Shown here: positions 59,959 through 64,000 of the stretch, in pieces | How positions within the stretch are numbered: the first letter of the stretch is position 1 | Layout of the letters: every line of letters begins with the position of its first letter | Origin: Utricularia gibba | Taxonomy: Eukaryota > Plantae > Magnoliophyta | Assembly (NCBI GenBank): GCA_002189035.1 | Contig: CM007992.1 | Coordinates: forward strand, 496,001-560,000 | Reading direction: 5' to 3' | DNA length: 64,000 nucleotides | Translations under genes and position numbers: made by a program | Notes under the pieces: model-generated | Database searches by the model: none | What the model was told of the DNA's origin: nothing | The model's input: only the letters and a program-made list of their open reading frames with translations

Positions 59959-61393
59959 GAGAAATATCTTCTTTTACCCAAAGAACCGAACCAAAAACTT
60001 GTCATCAATTCTTCACTGACAGGTTCAATCCTCAATCTGTAACGGGAAGGGATTGAAGAAGCATAACAGTTCATCGGTTAGTCGAAGAGAAAGCAATAAA
60101 GAGGAAAAACAAATAAGCAGCAGAAGAGAAATTCGAAATTCAATTGGGATGGGGAAAGTGAGGCTGGCCCATGTTGAAAGTATGGCCCTCGAGGGGCCTG
60201 AGAGACATGAGAACTTCTGAAAAAGCATAGAAAATCATAAAACACGCTGGAAAACAAGAAGAAACCAGGATCTTAAACATCAAGCCATGTGGGGAAGAAC
60301 AGCGAAAGTGATGATTCATTCGCCAAATGCAACACCTGATTTTTAAAAAAAGAACCAAGATCCCCACTTCAAAATTTCTCCCTTACCAACCACAACTAAC
60401 AGCCGTTTGAGCCTCAATACAACACCCAGAAAAGGAAAGCAAAATGCAACAGCCTACCAACAGAAGCCACAACGATTAATTCTTCCCAGAATCCCAAAAT
60501 GATCAAAAGAAGAAATTTTGGCTTCGTGGGTCGTATTCAATACTGGGTGCATGAAGCTTGGGAAGTCCAAAGATCTGAAAAGAAAAAAACCAAACTATTG
60601 ATAAACTAATTAGACAGAGTTCTCCCATTTGACACCAAGACGAAAAAAGCGGTGACAGGCAAAAGCCTCGGAAAGCGAGAAGCGAAAATGAATTTCAACG
60701 ACATACAAAAACGTGGAGCCGCAGAGACAACCAGAACCGCGGCGCTGCTTCACATATCTCCTGGCCTACCGTTACAAAGCAGTTAACTCAAAAAAAAAAA
60801 AAAATGTAAAAGATGACTCACTTCACTCACGGACTCACATTTGCAACTCAGGAGTAGAGATGGAGCTTCACATGATCATGGCCGATGATCCCTCCTCTTT
60901 GGTTTGTATGCATTTCATGTAAAAATGAGTGTTATTACCATTTTTTTCTGCTCATGAAACTTGAAATAAGTAAAAAAGTTGAGACTTGATTTAAAAAATA
61001 AAAATTGCGCAAATTGGCACCTGTGGGAACTCTACCATCGTTGACATTGGGAATTCCGAATCCTAGAATTCGTCATAAAGCTTGCAACTTTCTGCTCATT
61101 TTCTCCAACTCAGCCTTCGTTCTGATGAGGTCAGTTCCGATTTACCATTCCCGATTTGTGTTTTTACGAGTCTTTCCGCCTCTTTACCGTTCGTGAGATA
61201 AAATGGGAAATTGGCCGCTGTGCGTTCTTGGTTTTTCTCATTTGGGTGAATGCCTGCTCCCAGACCCAATTTTAGATTTATGTAATTGATGAAATTTCAG
61301 ACTCTTTGGTACAGAAGGAAGGAGGGGCTACATCGTTCGAGATCGTGGTTTCAGAAGTGGGGTTTGCTGCTCCGTTCGTGAAACCAAAGTATA

Positions 61394-62716
61394 ATGTCTA
61401 GCGTTCGTTTTCCAAAGCGCTATGTGATAATACTTTTGACCTTCGTTTGCACCTGTGTGTGCTACATTGAAAGAGTGGGTTTCTCGATTGCATATACAGC
61501 TGCTGCTGATGCAGCTGGAGTAAATCAGTCACGTAAGGGGATTATACTTGCCACATTTTATTACGGATATGCGTGTTCACAAGTTCCGGGTGGATTGGCA
61601 GCTCAAAAAATCGGAGGAAGGCGCGTTCTCCTACTCTCGTTTGCGTTATGGTCTCTTACTTGTGCCTTTGTGCCTCTGGATCCTAATCAAGTTACAGTTT
61701 TGGTGGTGGCTCGTTTTCTGGTTGGAGTTTCACAGGGGTTTATATTTCCATCTATCCACAATGTATTAGCTCAGTGGGTGCCGCAGCATGAGAAATCTAG
61801 AGCTGTTTCTCTCACAACTTCTGGTATGTATTTTGGTGCTGCCTTAGGAACACTCTTGCTTCCAAGCCTTGTTAAGTTCAAAGGACCACAATCTGTATTC
61901 CTTGTGGAAGCCCTTTTGGGTGCACTGTGGTCCTTACTTTGGTTCAAGTATGCAAGTGATCCATCATCCGAGCATACAAAGGCTGCGGCTTCCGATTTTG
62001 GTGAGTTCGTTCTTCCCATAGGCCATGTTAAGGAGAAGGTTGAGGATAAAGTACATTCAAGCAAAAGTTCAAAAATTCCATGGAAGAAAATTTTGCTGAG
62101 TCTTCCTGTGCTGTCTATTGTGATTAACAACTTTACTTTTCACTATGCTCTCTATGTGCTTATGAATTGGCTTCCTACTTATTTCGAGTTGGGGCTCCAG
62201 CGTAGTCTTCAGGACATGGGATCCTCCAAGATGATGCCTTACTTCAACATGTTTGTTTTCTCAAATATCGGTGGAGTGATTGCTGATCATTTCATTACAA
62301 AGAAAGTGATATCCGTGACCCGGACAAGAAAGCTTCTGAACACAGTTGGATTTGTAATCGCTTCCTTTGCACTGATAGCTCTTCCATGGTTCAGAACTCC
62401 TGATGGGGTTGTCCTCTGTTCTTCTGTTGCTCTTGGGTTCTTGGCACTTGGTAGAGCTGGATTTGCAGTAAATCATCTTGATGTTGCTCCAAGGTATGCA
62501 GGAATTGTTATGGGGGTCTCGAATACTGCCGGCACGTTAGCAGGTATCGTCGGAGTCGACCTCACTGGTCGACTTCTTGAAGCTGCAAAGATGGCTCAGT
62601 TGGATCTCACGAATCCTGAGAGCTGGACTACGGTTTTTCTGATACCAGGGGTGCTCTGTATCTTTAGTTCAGTTGCATTTCTTCTTCTAGCCACAGGGGA
62701 CAGGATTTTTGAGTAG
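61394..62716 (+). CDS. PHT4;6: PHT4;6-like Golgi anion/phosphate transporter (MFS), 440 aa, intronless CDS
   Basis: FPKRYVIILLTFVCTCVCYIERVGFSIAYT; FYYGYACSQVPGG; NNFTFHYALYVLMNWLPTYF; GFAVNHLDVAPRYAGIVMGVSNTAGTLAG. Confidence 0.93.
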   Translation: MSSVRFPKRYVIILLTFVCTCVCYIERVGFSIAYTAAADAAGVNQSRKGIILATFYYGYACSQVPGGLAAQKIGGRRVLLLSFALWSLTCAFVPLDPNQVTVLVVARFLVGVSQGFIFPSIHNVLAQWVPQHEKSRAVSLTTSGMYFGAALGTLLLPSLVKFKGPQSVFLVEALLGALWSLLWFKYASDPSSEHTKAAASDFGEFVLPIGHVKEKVEDKVHSSKSSKIPWKKILLSLPVLSIVINNFTFHYALYVLMNWLPTYFELGLQRSLQDMGSSKMMPYFNMFVFSNIGGVIADHFITKKVISVTRTRKLLNTVGFVIASFALIALPWFRTPDGVVLCSSVALGFLALGRAGFAVNHLDVAPRYAGIVMGVSNTAGTLAGIVGVDLTGRLLEAAKMAQLDLTNPESWTTVFLIPGVLCIFSSVAFLLLATGDRIFE

Positions 62717-62888
62717 TGGTAACATCTCTTTACCGCAGATGGATGATACCTGGTTATGCATTACAGAACTGGAATGCCTTTCATAAGTTGCAGTGGTTAA
62801 AGATGAGGAATGTTCTCTTAGAATCAGGGTTCAAATACATCAACACAAGTCATATAAACATAAGCAGTATCTTGATCCTTGAACGAAC

Positions 62889-64000
62889 TTAAGGATCAAC
62901 TTTTGCTGCTGCTGATGCATAACTAACGCTACTGTCTCTCATCGATTTGCATTGGCTCGACTGCTCGTAGCGTAGAAACCGGATCTTCATCTTGGTTGAG
63001 CTGTTTTTCAGCATCTAGTACCAACCACAAGCACAAATGTTGTCAGGAAATAGACAATATGGATAGCCATCAAGCTCATACAATCCCAACATCAGAAATT
63101 TGCAGATATGATCGTATCAACAAACTGAAAGTTGGCATTTCTATTTCATTGATTTCACAAATGTTAAATGAGGCCTCTATGTATCTCATTAAACACAAAT
63201 CAGTTACAGAAATGAAAAAGGAGATGGAAGTCACGATATTTACATGAAGGAAGACACTGATAGGATGCCGCCCACAAATGGTATTATCCGTCTCTATCAG
63301 ATAACGCTTAAACGCATCAGGGTCCCCTGCTTCTATGATATCCATTCCCATCTTATCCAGTACCTCAATGGACTTATATATGGCTCCATGCTTTTTATCA
63401 TAATGCATGTAGTTGAACCTAAGGATAGTGCGAATTTAACTTGTTATAGAAAAAACAGAAAGATGGATAAAACTAAGTTGGAATGCATATGTATTGGTTA
63501 AAACCATTAAATTTTGAAAGGATGCTTCATGAAGAAGAGAATGAAATAATGCATCCTGTGACAGTGCAAGGTGGTGTGCATTGAGTGTTAGAGGCAGCCT
63601 CCATTTGCATAAAAGATAAGAACCCAATCCTTCTTATAGTTCTGCATTGATTATGTGGACCAGACTAAAAGGAGACAAATCCTTTAAATTTTCCTGCTAT
63701 TGAACTCATAGGCAAAATAGATATTTCTTTTGAAAGGAAAAATAACAAGAATCATACCTAGAACCCCAGTGACAGAAGTCAGAAGACACTGAGAAAAAGT
63801 TTTCAGGGTCTTCTGCGTATTTTGCCAGCAAACGGCCATACATGGCTTCACTTTCAGCACTGAGAGCACCAACCAGAATTGGTATGATCTTGACAGGATG
63901 CCTGTGGTAAAAGGTCTATTTCATTAGCTGAATGAATGATATTCTTGACGCAGACTAGCAACAGTCCTAAAACCATACCCCTGGAAGACTTTAACAAGAT
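62889..64000 (-). CDS. MEMO1: MEMO1 family protein; 3' part only, the gene continues beyond the window
   Basis: VKIIPILVG...[17 protein letters not shown]...[12 protein letters not shown]...[11 protein letters not shown]...YEQSSQC...DSSVSYASA. Confidence 0.92.

Overview
Plant (eudicot) nuclear DNA from a very compact genome: about 23 protein-coding genes in 64 kb, mostly 70-120 nt introns, short AT-rich spacers, and no recognisable transposase, rRNA, tRNA or CRISPR. Gene order is PGR5, an unidentified spliced gene, DUF3527, CCT-motif, PLS/E-class PPR, mitochondrial uL30, C2-lipase HIL1, NDUFA13/GRIM-19, mitochondrial CPN60, GATA, CHX, cytosolic MetRS, a small Gly-rich secreted protein, KAT2, COQ6, GHR1, ERT2-like, FAH, bHLH52/53-like, WRKY14/35-like, MUR4/UXE, PHT4;6 and MEMO1 (partial). 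All names come from recalled family motifs; no database search was run. I found no clearly new multi-gene system. The strongest oddities are: (1) NDUFA13 carries three separate lesions (two frameshifts and a Trp-to-TGA stop) in about 430 coding nt; (2) five other genes each have one apparent 1-nt loss in a short homopolymer, which suggests long-read assembly error; (3) a 20-copy 22/23-bp GC-rich array full of site II and RY motifs sits in a divergent promoter; (4) five GC-AG introns fall in two nearby genes; (5) FAH has a contracted His-box; (6) three unidentified gene or ORF candidates remain.
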